Source of the DNA: Chitinophaga pinensis
GTDB lineage: Bacteria > Bacteroidota > Bacteroidia > NS11-12g > UBA955
Direction: 5' to 3'
NCBI GenBank assembly: GCA_945890895.1
Contig: CAMDDG010000001.1
Location: 37,705 to 101,704, forward strand
DNA: 64,000 bases
Of the stretch, positions 9,401 through 19,055 are shown in pieces (the stretch's first letter is position 1; every line of letters starts with the position of its first letter). The position numbers and the translations under genes are program-made. The notes under the pieces are model-generated. The model saw nothing but the letters and a program-made list of their open reading frames with translations. It made no database searches and was not told where the DNA came from.

Positions 9401-11131
9401 TTAGAACGTTAAATTATAAATAATAAGCCATTGATTGATCGCATATTTGTCAAAAGTTTTCAAGAAATCTTGATATTGTTGAGATTGATAAATTACCGCT
9501 AAATACGCATTTTCGCCAAAATTGCAACGCATTCCCGTTGAAAAGACGCTGTGTCTTTGATCGATATTAACTGGTTTAAAATCAATTATTTCTGCATAAA
9601 TATTGCGCTCTGCACGGGTTTCATTCCCTTTTCCATAACTCAGGGTGTATCCAATTAACCATTCTAATTTCGGACTAAATTCCCATTCTAAGCCCGTTGA
9701 ACCTTGAATAAGCTGGTAATCAGTTCGTTCAAATTCAAAATTAGAATTTCTTCTAGAAGACTGGTAACTAATGGAGTGAGTCAAATTTAATGTGCGATTC
9801 CAATGAAAATAATTACCGAGTTTATTCGATAACTCCAATTTCGACATCCGGAATTTACGCAATTCCTCGGTACCTTGACCTCGGATTTCAGATAGTTCGT
9901 AGTGACTAACATTCAACGTGTTGTGGACACTTCCTAAGTTAACCGATCCGTCTACATATATTCCTTGTCGGTTAAATGTAGCAATTCCATAAGGCAAAAC
10001 AGGATTAACCAAATAGTTGAAATCCATCATTTTGGTGCTAATGCCAATTCGATACAAGGGTATTTGCCATTGTGCATCTCCCCAGCTTATTGGCCTATCC
10101 ATTTGGGATTGTTTATATCGATTAAATAACCCAGGTTGTGTACTGTAATCAATACGTTTGGATTGAGCGCCGGGACTTCTGAAATCAGGACCTACATTTA
10201 AATAACCCAGTTTTAAATTCCATTTGTATTTGGATTCTTTGTTTTTGGATTGAGTAGAAATCGCTGAATGTACAAAGTAGTCGTTTAGTTCTGGAGCCAA
10301 TGTATCTTGTTCGATCCCAAATGCAGAAGTTCCGAATTCACCTTCCAACTTAACGGGAATTTTCCAGGGATTCAGGGAATATTTAAACGAACCCGTTTGA
10401 ACGGTATTGTGATACAATTGATTGTTCATTGCTGTTCCAGAAACATCAAAAATGGATGCCAAATTGTACGCAACGACTACATGTTCTCCGAATTTACCTT
10501 CAACGGTTCCGCCTCCCATCAATCGCTCTGATGTTTGAGCAAAATTGGTAGCATTCAATCGAAGTAAATAACCAATAAAGTTAATCTCTTTAACGGGTGA
10601 ATTAAATTCCAATCCCCAATCCAATGAAAGTCCTTGCTGACGCCATGTGTTATCTTTATAGAAAGACTCGTAGTTTACAATTTGTCGTTGTAAATCAAAT
10701 ACTTTTGGCATGGAAATGGTTTGATCTTCATTGTGATTGTACAACGTAAATGGAGTTTGTTTCACATTGATATCACCTAATTGGTATCTAACCACATCAG
10801 CAATAATCCCTTTGATCCACAATTGACGAATATCAAACGTTACACCGGCACCATAAAAACCGCCGTACTGATTATTGATTCGAAACATTCCTAAAATTTC
10901 CGTGTTTTTGTTGGGAGTGATGTCGAATCCCAGATCGAAAAGGGCATAACCTCCGTTATTCGCTTTTGCCGTGGTATTGTCGGGGATACTATCAAAAACT
11001 TCAATTCGGTTGTTGCTCACGATGCTTCTCGCACCGCCGATTACACGAAATTTACTTCCTGCTTGTCCCCAAACGGTGGTAAAATAACCAATGCTTAAAA
11101 GGAAACTTGCTATATGTTTAACTGATTTCAT
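9401..11131 (-). CDS. Predicted outer-membrane beta-barrel, no TonB plug, unknown family
   Basis: I prefer the start at the internal Met (MKSVKHIASFLLSIGYFTTVWGQ signal), although the ORF track begins at 11179. The sequence shows an alternating beta-strand pattern and ends in a C-terminal Phe (...IIYNLTF). Confidence 0.55.
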   Translation of the reverse strand: MKSVKHIASFLLSIGYFTTVWGQAGSKFRVIGGARSIVSNNRIEVFDSIPDNTTAKANNGGYALFDLGFDITPNKNTEILGMFRINNQYGGFYGAGVTFDIRQLWIKGIIADVVRYQLGDINVKQTPFTLYNHNEDQTISMPKVFDLQRQIVNYESFYKDNTWRQQGLSLDWGLEFNSPVKEINFIGYLLRLNATNFAQTSERLMGGGTVEGKFGEHVVVAYNLASIFDVSGTAMNNQLYHNTVQTGSFKYSLNPWKIPVKLEGEFGTSAFGIEQDTLAPELNDYFVHSAISTQSKNKESKYKWNLKLGYLNVGPDFRSPGAQSKRIDYSTQPGLFNRYKQSQMDRPISWGDAQWQIPLYRIGISTKMMDFNYLVNPVLPYGIATFNRQGIYVDGSVNLGSVHNTLNVSHYELSEIRGQGTEELRKFRMSKLELSNKLGNYFHWNRTLNLTHSISYQSSRRNSNFEFERTDYQLIQGSTGLEWEFSPKLEWLIGYTLSYGKGNETRAERNIYAEIIDFKPVNIDQRHSVFSTGMRCNFGENAYLAVIYQSQQYQDFLKTFDKYAINQWLIIYNLTF

Positions 11132-11142
11132 TGTCAAATAAA

Positions 11143-13134
11143 TTAAAAGAAAATTTTGATTTCTAAGGTGGATTCCCATCCTCGATATTGGTCTTTTACA
11201 AAACTGCGATCGCGGTAATTCATCCAGCGTTGTCGTAAATACAAGCCGGCATTTTTCGACATTTCAATGTCAAAACCCGTTGCAATGCCCCAACCTTCTT
11301 GATTTTTGGGTCTACGAGATAACGCATCCACCTGTGTTTCGTAGTTGGCAATAATTCGTTCCCAGCCTACATAATTTGCCCAAACAACGGATTTTGATAA
11401 TGAAAGATATCCTTCCAATTGGTGGTAATAAGTTCTTAAATAGGCATCCTCGGTAAATACCGTTACCCAAGAGGGTTGCGATTGAACAGAAGCGTACGTG
11501 CCTAAATAATACAAATACAATGTATGTCCAGCAAGCGATGTCTTATATTTGGAATGAAGTTCTAATGTATTGAAATGTTTGGTATTTCGGGGGATGCCTT
11601 TGCTGTCAACGTCCACTTGATTCACCGTTTCAAACACACCTCGATATACTTTCGTGAGATTCGCATACGGACCTACACCCGCAGGAAATCCCCAGCGCCA
11701 AAATCGAGAAAGAGCCAAATTGTTTACCGGATGGGAATAGGTAATTTGCGACGAAATTCGTTCCAATTCCTGTGAACGAGTATAACCTATGGAAGTTTTA
11801 AGTTTTCCAATGGAGAATTCCCAATTGAATTCCAACCCAGTTCGGTTATTGGTGGTTTGGCCAACCGGAACCATTGCACTGGCAAAAGGGGCTAATACCA
11901 ACTGATCGCTACTGCCCACAGAGGTATTATTGCCTTCTCGGATGGATGAATTCCAAAATACCGAAGAATTGTTGAATACTTTCGGGCTGATGCGATAGTA
12001 GCGTACCAAGAAATCCGATTTTAACCATTTTTTAGGTAAGTTTAATTTCAAATCCAGTGCTTCGCCCCATCCTCGGGAATAGGAAGGACTAAAATATCGA
12101 CCTGCACCCACTTCCCCTGAGAATAAAAAGCCCTTCCAATTTAAATTATATTCCATGGTATGAATGTTGTAACCCATGCCTCGTGTGAGTAAACTGTCGG
12201 TATAAGTCTGGTTGTTAAATGAATTTAAACTTATGAAATCTTTGTTCCATGATTTTTTGATTTTTCCACCGTATGATTGATTGGGAAGGGGCGCCATTCC
12301 ACCGTTCAATTGCGTTTTTCCAAACATTCCAACTACCTGAAATCCATGAGGTAAATCGTTGGCTTCAACAATGAAGCCCTGAAAGGCCTGTCTACCCCAT
12401 CGCGTATCTTGGTTCAATGCACCTTGAGTATAAAATGTATTGTATCGATCTAAGGCATGTTTGGTTTGAGGATCCCAAGGATTTCGCTCAAAAACACTGT
12501 ATCTGTGAAACCCAGGATTGGTATGAAATGTAAATGGAGACAGTGCATACCAGTTAATTCCCCCCGCAATAATATTCAATGATCCTTGTTTAAAATCATG
12601 GGTTCCGGTTAAACTAACACCTAAATTTAAACCTTTTACATTTTCTGTTTGTCCAGCACCGGTCATCGGCGACCAAATGTAGAAATCCGTTGAAAAACGC
12701 GTGTTTGATGCCAAACTCCCGCTCAAATTCATGGATAATTGAGGAATTTGAGAATCATCACCAACAAAAATATGCGTGGGTGTTTGGGCTTGTTCTACAT
12801 AACCACCTCGCTGAATCATGGCTGTAGCATCCTGTAAAATTCGATAATTAGTGATAAATCGATAGTATCCAGAAACGCTGAATCGTTCCAAATTGTCCAA
12901 AGGTTTCTTTGGAAAAACTCCAAAATCAAATCCTTTAATTCTGCTGGAATCTGAATATTTAACAGGAGAAATGCTTGAATTCTGAGATGCGGAGGTAATA
13001 TCGTTGGCGTTTAACCCAGAAATGGAGTTTGAAATCGTGGTGAAATCCAGAATGGATTTTGCTTCCACAGCGCTAGTCAATGATGTTTGAATCGCCAAGA
13101 AAATCAACAGTGTTTTATGGTTTTTTATTGACAT
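11143..13134 (-). CDS. Predicted outer-membrane beta-barrel, no TonB plug, unknown family
   Basis: It has a signal peptide (LTSAVEA) and many aromatic-ended strands. The C-terminus is ...STLEIKIFF. Confidence 0.55.
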   Translation of the reverse strand: MSIKNHKTLLIFLAIQTSLTSAVEAKSILDFTTISNSISGLNANDITSASQNSSISPVKYSDSSRIKGFDFGVFPKKPLDNLERFSVSGYYRFITNYRILQDATAMIQRGGYVEQAQTPTHIFVGDDSQIPQLSMNLSGSLASNTRFSTDFYIWSPMTGAGQTENVKGLNLGVSLTGTHDFKQGSLNIIAGGINWYALSPFTFHTNPGFHRYSVFERNPWDPQTKHALDRYNTFYTQGALNQDTRWGRQAFQGFIVEANDLPHGFQVVGMFGKTQLNGGMAPLPNQSYGGKIKKSWNKDFISLNSFNNQTYTDSLLTRGMGYNIHTMEYNLNWKGFLFSGEVGAGRYFSPSYSRGWGEALDLKLNLPKKWLKSDFLVRYYRISPKVFNNSSVFWNSSIREGNNTSVGSSDQLVLAPFASAMVPVGQTTNNRTGLEFNWEFSIGKLKTSIGYTRSQELERISSQITYSHPVNNLALSRFWRWGFPAGVGPYANLTKVYRGVFETVNQVDVDSKGIPRNTKHFNTLELHSKYKTSLAGHTLYLYYLGTYASVQSQPSWVTVFTEDAYLRTYYHQLEGYLSLSKSVVWANYVGWERIIANYETQVDALSRRPKNQEGWGIATGFDIEMSKNAGLYLRQRWMNYRDRSFVKDQYRGWESTLEIKIFF

Positions 13135-13139
13135 AGCGA

Positions 13140-14669
13140 TTATTTAGTGTTTGAATTAAAGCTTTCCATGGTGAATTTTTTCATGCGCACAGCGGATTTT
13201 TGGGATGCTTTGTCGGATTCTGTAACTTGGAAAGGAAAATTTGCATAAGCCACTTTGTTCTCAAATTCCATCGTTACAAACAATCGATACGCGCCTGGTT
13301 TTGAAGGTGCTTTGAATGAAATGTGATTGGATCGGCCGTTTTTAATCGAAACGGGAACTTCTGCCGCCTCGTTTTCAACATCACCGCCTGCTTTTTTATC
13401 GGTGCTTTCAAGTAAACATTTCCAATGGTATTTTACTTTTTTGGGGATGTTTTTATCCGTCAAAAGTGTTGATGGAACCGTGATTTGTTTTGGGAAATTA
13501 CTTGATTCCGAGCGGCTTGAAAACAATTGAAAAGCTTCATTGGGAGTCAATAAATAACTTTTAACCGATGCGTTATGTTTACTACCCGGTGTCAAAACTA
13601 TATTTTCATCGGATGGTTTAAACTCAATTAATACCGTTTCAATGTGGGGAGTACTCGATTTCGCAGGAGCACTGGCCCAAGCCACATTCAAAGCGTCAAT
13701 TGATTCCGTTTGCTTCCCTTCTTTTGAAAATAAACCATACCACGTTTCGGTGTATTCTTGTTTTTGTCCCCAAAGAAATACATAAGATCCAACACAATCA
13801 CCTTGGTTCGCTTGAATGAATTTTTGATAGCGCCAGGAGTAAATCCGTGCTTTTTCACCACTACTTTGTTCAATAGCTGCTTTCCATTGGGTATTTGGGG
13901 ATTCCCAATGTCCATTGGGCCCCCACTCCGTAATCATATAGGGACCATTCCAACCGAACTTGCGAATATTGGAAGGTACATTATCAATATCCCCATAAGT
14001 ATTTACACAGTACACATCTATGTCTGGTGCTTTTTCGAGAATCAATGCTACTTCCAAGCTGTCTAAACCAGCAGTAACCGTGGAAGTAGGATGATTGGGA
14101 TCAACTTGATGTGCGTATTTGGCTATATCTTGAATAGCATCCCATACTCGAGTGTTTTTATAAAATAAATCTACCTCATTTCCAATTCCCCAAAGAAGCA
14201 ATGCCGGATGATTCTTAAATTCATCAATAATGCGTTTAAAGTGCTCAAATTGTTTTTGAACCTTGGTTTTGTTGCTGTAATCAAAACCGTGGCGTTCGTG
14301 TTGAAGCCACATTCCGAGCATGACCGTCAGTCCTCGTGAATGTGCTTCATCCAATATTTCTTTTGCGTTTTCAATTCCCCAAGTTCTCACCGAGTTGGCA
14401 CCCACTTCAACCGCAAGATCCATTCGAACGGTTCCTCCAGCACCCTTCACATAATACGGTTTTCCATTGCGGTAAAACTGCCACCCATTTTCATCTTTTT
14501 TTATAGTAACAGGTATAGGAGTGTTTAAATCTGCTTGAGCATTTTTTTCTTTTGGAGAATTCGTTAAATGCAAAAGTTGGGTATGAGTTGAAAACGCATT
14601 CCCTGCTATAACGGAAGCTATTGCAGTTAAAATGATTCGAAAATCGAGTAATAATTGGGAGTTCTTCAT
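13140..14669 (-). CDS. Clan GH-A (beta/alpha)8 glycoside hydrolase with C-terminal Ig-like domain (GH2-TIM / GH158-like)
   Basis: LLLWGIGNEV fits an acid/base NE motif and PYMITEWGP fits a nucleophile TE motif. GANSVRTWG is also present. A ~150-aa beta-rich tail follows the barrel. Confidence 0.65.
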   Translation of the reverse strand: MKNSQLLLDFRIILTAIASVIAGNAFSTHTQLLHLTNSPKEKNAQADLNTPIPVTIKKDENGWQFYRNGKPYYVKGAGGTVRMDLAVEVGANSVRTWGIENAKEILDEAHSRGLTVMLGMWLQHERHGFDYSNKTKVQKQFEHFKRIIDEFKNHPALLLWGIGNEVDLFYKNTRVWDAIQDIAKYAHQVDPNHPTSTVTAGLDSLEVALILEKAPDIDVYCVNTYGDIDNVPSNIRKFGWNGPYMITEWGPNGHWESPNTQWKAAIEQSSGEKARIYSWRYQKFIQANQGDCVGSYVFLWGQKQEYTETWYGLFSKEGKQTESIDALNVAWASAPAKSSTPHIETVLIEFKPSDENIVLTPGSKHNASVKSYLLTPNEAFQLFSSRSESSNFPKQITVPSTLLTDKNIPKKVKYHWKCLLESTDKKAGGDVENEAAEVPVSIKNGRSNHISFKAPSKPGAYRLFVTMEFENKVAYANFPFQVTESDKASQKSAVRMKKFTMESFNSNTK

Positions 14670-15412
14670 ACCGTTAAATTTTCAGTGGGGAACAACGGGA
14701 AATTCAGCTCAACACTGAAACCAGAATGCACTAAATTGTTGTATTTCTTGGTGTTAAATTTATATAATTTGGCTGGTCTATGAGTAACACTGGACTGTTT
14801 CATTCCCGTATCTGTAAGATAATCTAAACTGAGAATTTTCTTGCGAAAATTGCGAACATCAAACTGAGTTTCAAGAATGGATTCATATAAATTTTGAAGT
14901 TCTGTTAGTGTAAAGTATTTTGGAAGCAATTCAAAACCAATGGGTTGTCGGCGAATTTTTGACTTTAGCATGTTTTTTGCATATTCCAGAATCTCGTTGT
15001 GGTCAAAAGGCAAATCAGGAATATCAGAAATAGGAAACCAAGCAGCTTCTTCTGCCCACGATGAAGCGTGTACATGGTAATCTTCTGTTTTTATAAGTGC
15101 AAAATAAGCTACCGTAAATACGCGTCCGTAGGGATGTCGATTCACTTTACCAAAAGTGTGAATTTGTTCCATGTAGACTTTTTCCAATCCCGTTAAGTCT
15201 TGCAATACTTTTTCTGCGGAAGAAGTTAGATCGGTATCCAAGGCAATCAAATCGCCCGGTAAAGCCCAGCAATTGCGGTAGGGGTCGGCGCCTCTATAAA
15301 TGAGCAAAACTTTAAGTCCCGAATTATCGAATCCAAATACCACATTATCTACCGAAACGGCAGCTTTAAAATACGATTCTAATTTTTGATCCATATTGCC
15401 CAGATTATTCAA
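14666..15412 (-). CDS. NrtR-family (Nudix-related) transcriptional regulator
   Basis: The N-terminal Nudix fold has a degenerate Nudix box. The C-terminal winged helix reads FTLTELQNLYESILETQFDVRNFRKKIL...RPAKLYKF, which is typical of NrtR-type regulators. Confidence 0.75.
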   Translation of the reverse strand: MNNLGNMDQKLESYFKAAVSVDNVVFGFDNSGLKVLLIYRGADPYRNCWALPGDLIALDTDLTSSAEKVLQDLTGLEKVYMEQIHTFGKVNRHPYGRVFTVAYFALIKTEDYHVHASSWAEEAAWFPISDIPDLPFDHNEILEYAKNMLKSKIRRQPIGFELLPKYFTLTELQNLYESILETQFDVRNFRKKILSLDYLTDTGMKQSSVTHRPAKLYKFNTKKYNNLVHSGFSVELNFPLFPTENLTV

Positions 15413-15425
15413 CCCTTGGCGAATA

Positions 15426-15442
15426 TATTGTAAAATTTACAA
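15426..15442. promoter_or_regulatory. Perfect 8-1-8 palindrome, candidate NrtR-like operator
   Basis: ATTGTAAA-A-TTTACAAT lies 14 nt upstream of the regulator start codon at 15412. Confidence 0.4.
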
Positions 15443-15541
15443 TAATTAAAATATGCAATGAAAATTTGACGTATCCTTATACAAAGTGTGGGTAAATAGG
15501 AATGAAATAGGGTGCAAACAAAAATGGAACGAATCCGATAA

Positions 15542-15579
15542 AACAATCAACCCAATAAACAATGATTGAGTTGATTGTT
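15542..15579 (-). terminator. Possible terminator hairpin after the adaptor gene
   Basis: A perfect 10-bp inverted repeat (aacaatcaac / gttgattgtt) has an 18-nt loop. The downstream T-run on the minus strand is weak. Confidence 0.35.
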
Positions 15580-15594
15580 ATTTAAAAGGTAGAA

Positions 15595-16926
15595 TTACTT
15601 TCCCTTTACTTTAACCATTTCACCTTCAATCAAGGTTTTGGCTATAGCCATTGCGGGTTCGGAAATAACTTTATCACCGGCTTTTAAACCTTTGGTGATT
15701 TCAAAATAGTCGATATCTTGGATTCCGGTAGTAACTTCAACAGCCTTGGCTTTGTTATTCTCTAATACAAAAACATAGGTTTTACCGGGAACAAATACCT
15801 TGTCAGTATTTCCTGATTTAGCAGGAACGGGTGTTGATGAAGTCTCTTCTCCTTCGTTGATTAATGCATATGGGTTGCGGTTGGTTAATGCCGCAATCGG
15901 TAAAGCTACCACTTGTTTCTTGCTCAAAGTACGGATATCGGCAGAAGCAGTCATGCCGGGTAGAAAGGGGTTTTTACGTTGGGATGTAATTAAATCCGCA
16001 TAACTTTCGCGATCTAATCGGATTTTTACTACGTAATTCGTTACTTGTTCGGTCATGTTTTGGGCGGCATTGAATTTTGCAGAATTCGCAATTTCCGTAA
16101 CCACACCTTTAAAAGTTCGATCGGGATAAGCATCCACTCGAACATCAGCGATATCTCCTTTGTGAACACGAACAACATCATTTTCATTGATATTCACTTC
16201 TACTTCCATAGAATTGAGATTGCTAATTCTCATCATCTCGGTTCCCGCCATTTGAGCAGTTCCCACCACACGTTCTCCTTTTTCGCTGTTTAATTGTGTC
16301 ACAATTCCAGATTCGGGAGCATAAATACTGGTTCTACCCAAGGTTTTGCGAACTTCATCCAATCGCGCATCCAAACTTCTAACATTGTACACCGCGGCCA
16401 ATTTGTTTTTAGCTGCTACTACGGCTTCGGTTTTTTGCTGTTCGTATTGCAAACGCGCATTTTCCCATTCTTGTTCACTGATCACTTTCTGATCGTACAA
16501 CTTTTGCTGACGTTTGAAATTACTTTCTGCCAAGTTCAATGCGGTTTTTGCTCTCAATTCTTGAGCTTCAGATCCTGCTAATGCGGCTTTGGCATTATCC
16601 AAATTCGCCAACATCTGATTCAAATTGGATTCGTATAACTCGGGATTAATTCTCAATAATAATTGTCCTTTTACTACACTGTCGCCCTCTTTGATGAACA
16701 TTTCAGTGATTTCACCCGAAACATCCGGCGAAATTTTCACTTCTTTTTCCGGTTGAATTTTACCTGTTACACTGACAATCTCAGTAATATCTCTTAACTG
16801 AATTTCTTGTACCGTAACTTCTGTAATTTCTTTACCTCCTCCAAATACTTTGGAAAGCACGATTAACACAACCACCAATCCAACACTTCCCCAAATAATC
16901 TGCTTTTTATTTAATTTTATTTTCAT
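15595..16926 (-). CDS. Efflux periplasmic adaptor (HlyD/MacA family)
   Basis: It has an N-terminal membrane anchor, a long coiled-coil hairpin region, and a barrel-sandwich motif (VSPDVSGEITEMFIKEGDSV). Confidence 0.8.
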   Translation of the reverse strand: MKIKLNKKQIIWGSVGLVVVLIVLSKVFGGGKEITEVTVQEIQLRDITEIVSVTGKIQPEKEVKISPDVSGEITEMFIKEGDSVVKGQLLLRINPELYESNLNQMLANLDNAKAALAGSEAQELRAKTALNLAESNFKRQQKLYDQKVISEQEWENARLQYEQQKTEAVVAAKNKLAAVYNVRSLDARLDEVRKTLGRTSIYAPESGIVTQLNSEKGERVVGTAQMAGTEMMRISNLNSMEVEVNINENDVVRVHKGDIADVRVDAYPDRTFKGVVTEIANSAKFNAAQNMTEQVTNYVVKIRLDRESYADLITSQRKNPFLPGMTASADIRTLSKKQVVALPIAALTNRNPYALINEGEETSSTPVPAKSGNTDKVFVPGKTYVFVLENNKAKAVEVTTGIQDIDYFEITKGLKAGDKVISEPAMAIAKTLIEGEMVKVKGK

Positions 16927-16992
16927 TTTGTAGTTTTCTAAAAATCTGAATTTGCTTGATATAATTATGTATTCCCTTGATGTATGAAATTT

Positions 16993-18570
16993 TTATTTAC
17001 TTCCCATTAACGTTCCTAACGATAATTCAATGTTGTTAGTCATCATTACATCCAAAATAAGCTGACGTAAAATAAATTCATATTTTGCAGCCAAAAAGTT
17101 CTGATATGCGGATACTTCCGAGTTTAAAGCAAGCTGTAACTCAAAAGGAGTGGATTGGCCTGCTTGATATCGGATTTGCACAAATTCTAAATTTTGTTTT
17201 TGGGCTTCGTAGTTTTCTTTTTGTCCTAAATATTGCGCTCTGGCATTTTCAAAACCAAAATATGCTGTACTTACATCATTGTAAACAGATTGCTTGATTC
17301 TCAATGAATTTAATTCCGCTTGTGTAATGGCTAGCTCCGATTTAGAAATCTGTGTATTGGTAGCTAATTTATTGTAAATGGGTACCGAAAGGGTGGCTCC
17401 AAAACTTTGACCAAAATTATCTCGAATCTGATTGCCGAAAGCTATGGTTTGTGTTTGATAATCAAATCGAGGAGCTTCAACTATGGCTCCAGAACCTTGT
17501 ACCACTCCAATAGGAGTAGTACCTGCTAATGTTACGTTTGTAATGGTTTTTGCATTGTCGGAATACACACTGCTCAAATTTCCTCCGATAAACAAACTCG
17601 GAAGCAGTGAACCTTTCGCTACTTTCAAGCCCAATTGTGAACTTCGTATTTTTAAAAGGCTGCTTTGATAATCTGCACGGCGCGACAAAGCGGAATCCAT
17701 TAATTCATTCAGTCCATATTCCAATTTGTCGTTTTCCGCAATTCCCACTTCGAATGGTTGTACTTCCAAGCTTTCAGTTGGATCCATCATCAACATATTT
17801 TTTAATGCTAACACTCTGGATTTGTACAAATTTTCTGCTTGAACCACATTGGATTTCGCATTAGAATATTGAGCTTGAGCATTCAATACCAAACCTTTAT
17901 TACCCGCACCTTCTTGATTAATTAAGGTTACACGCTTAAGCTCTTTGTTGAAATATTCAACTTGCGAAATTGCCGCTTTTACTTGTTCTTGACTTTGCAA
18001 GCACAATAAATATTGTAATGAAATATTTAAGGCAATATTCTGACGTGTTTGAATAATATCTAAATCCGAAGATTGAACATTCAATCGATTCTGTTTAATG
18101 GTATTGCGCAATTGTCCACCCGAAAACACGGTCCATCCCAATTGAGCTTGCAACGAAGTGTTCCCTACGGTGGTTTGCACGAATTGGTTGGTGAATCGGT
18201 CTATACTTCGACCGCTTTGATAAAATTGTCCAACAGATCCGTTCAAATCCGGTCCTAGATTGAACAGGCTTTGTCGATAATCCAATTGAGCCGATTGATT
18301 TTGGATCTGACTCATTTTAACATCAAGATTTCGGTTAATTCCCATCTGAATACACTCCATTAAACTCATGGTTTTTTTGTTGGGGGATGTTGAACTTTTG
18401 GGGGATGTTAGGTTGTTGCTGGATATTTCGAAACTGCCGTTGGTAGTAACATCGTTATGAGAATGGGTATTGTGGCTATTTTGGGAGAATGTATGATTCA
18501 TTCCAGTGAATAGCAAGATGGAAAATAGTATGGATCGAATTTTGGGGGTGTTAACAATCATAAGCGACAC
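16993..18570 (-). CDS. TolC-family outer membrane efflux protein
   Basis: It shows the two-repeat TolC architecture, with LSLMECIQMGINRNLDV at the start of the mature domain. Confidence 0.8.
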   Translation of the reverse strand: MSLMIVNTPKIRSILFSILLFTGMNHTFSQNSHNTHSHNDVTTNGSFEISSNNLTSPKSSTSPNKKTMSLMECIQMGINRNLDVKMSQIQNQSAQLDYRQSLFNLGPDLNGSVGQFYQSGRSIDRFTNQFVQTTVGNTSLQAQLGWTVFSGGQLRNTIKQNRLNVQSSDLDIIQTRQNIALNISLQYLLCLQSQEQVKAAISQVEYFNKELKRVTLINQEGAGNKGLVLNAQAQYSNAKSNVVQAENLYKSRVLALKNMLMMDPTESLEVQPFEVGIAENDKLEYGLNELMDSALSRRADYQSSLLKIRSSQLGLKVAKGSLLPSLFIGGNLSSVYSDNAKTITNVTLAGTTPIGVVQGSGAIVEAPRFDYQTQTIAFGNQIRDNFGQSFGATLSVPIYNKLATNTQISKSELAITQAELNSLRIKQSVYNDVSTAYFGFENARAQYLGQKENYEAQKQNLEFVQIRYQAGQSTPFELQLALNSEVSAYQNFLAAKYEFILRQLILDVMMTNNIELSLGTLMGSK

Positions 18571-18789
18571 AAATCTAAGAGTAAGTTAATGATATAAGTG
18601 GAGAAATTTCGATAGGATTCGAATTAAAACGATAAAATATAAGTTCAATCCTCTTAGATCTTGAGATTCATAAAACACGGTATTGATTTTTTTGAGTAAG
18701 GTGATAGAAATCTCGCATGTTGGTGGAAATGTGGAAAAGATGACATATCGATGTTAAACAAAAGTTGTAATATTGCAATCGAGTTTTGG

Positions 18790-18975
18790 TTTTCATTGGT
18801 CCAAGGCATGGGCCCATGAAATGAAAAGGGAACTTCGGTGTAAGACCGAGACTGTACCCGCAGCTGTAACCTCAGCGTGTAAAACGCAAATATTTAGGCC
18901 TTTAGCCACTGTGTAAACGGGAAGGCGCCTAAATGAGGAAGTCAGAAGACCTGCCACTCTCGCAAACAATCCGCT
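18790..18975 (+). promoter_or_regulatory. Cobalamin (B12) riboswitch
   Basis: The conserved core is present: AAAAGGGAACTTCGGTGTAAGACCGAGACTGTACCCGCAGCTGTAAC, then GCCACTGTGTAAACGGGAAGGCG, then a B12 box GAAGTCAGAAGACCTGCC. It sits directly upstream of a TonB-dependent receptor. The boundaries are approximate. Confidence 0.85.
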
Positions 18976-19055
18976 TTCGGGAATAAAAGCGCGGTGGTCT
19001 AGGTTTCTTTTCGGAGGAATTCCATCCACTTTATATTTTCCGCGGGCGTAAAACT

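Noticed and set aside
18793-19029. 78-aa minus-strand ORF.
   Set aside because: It overlaps the cobalamin riboswitch core on the opposite strand. The RNA element explains the local conservation-like GC content better than a coding gene does.
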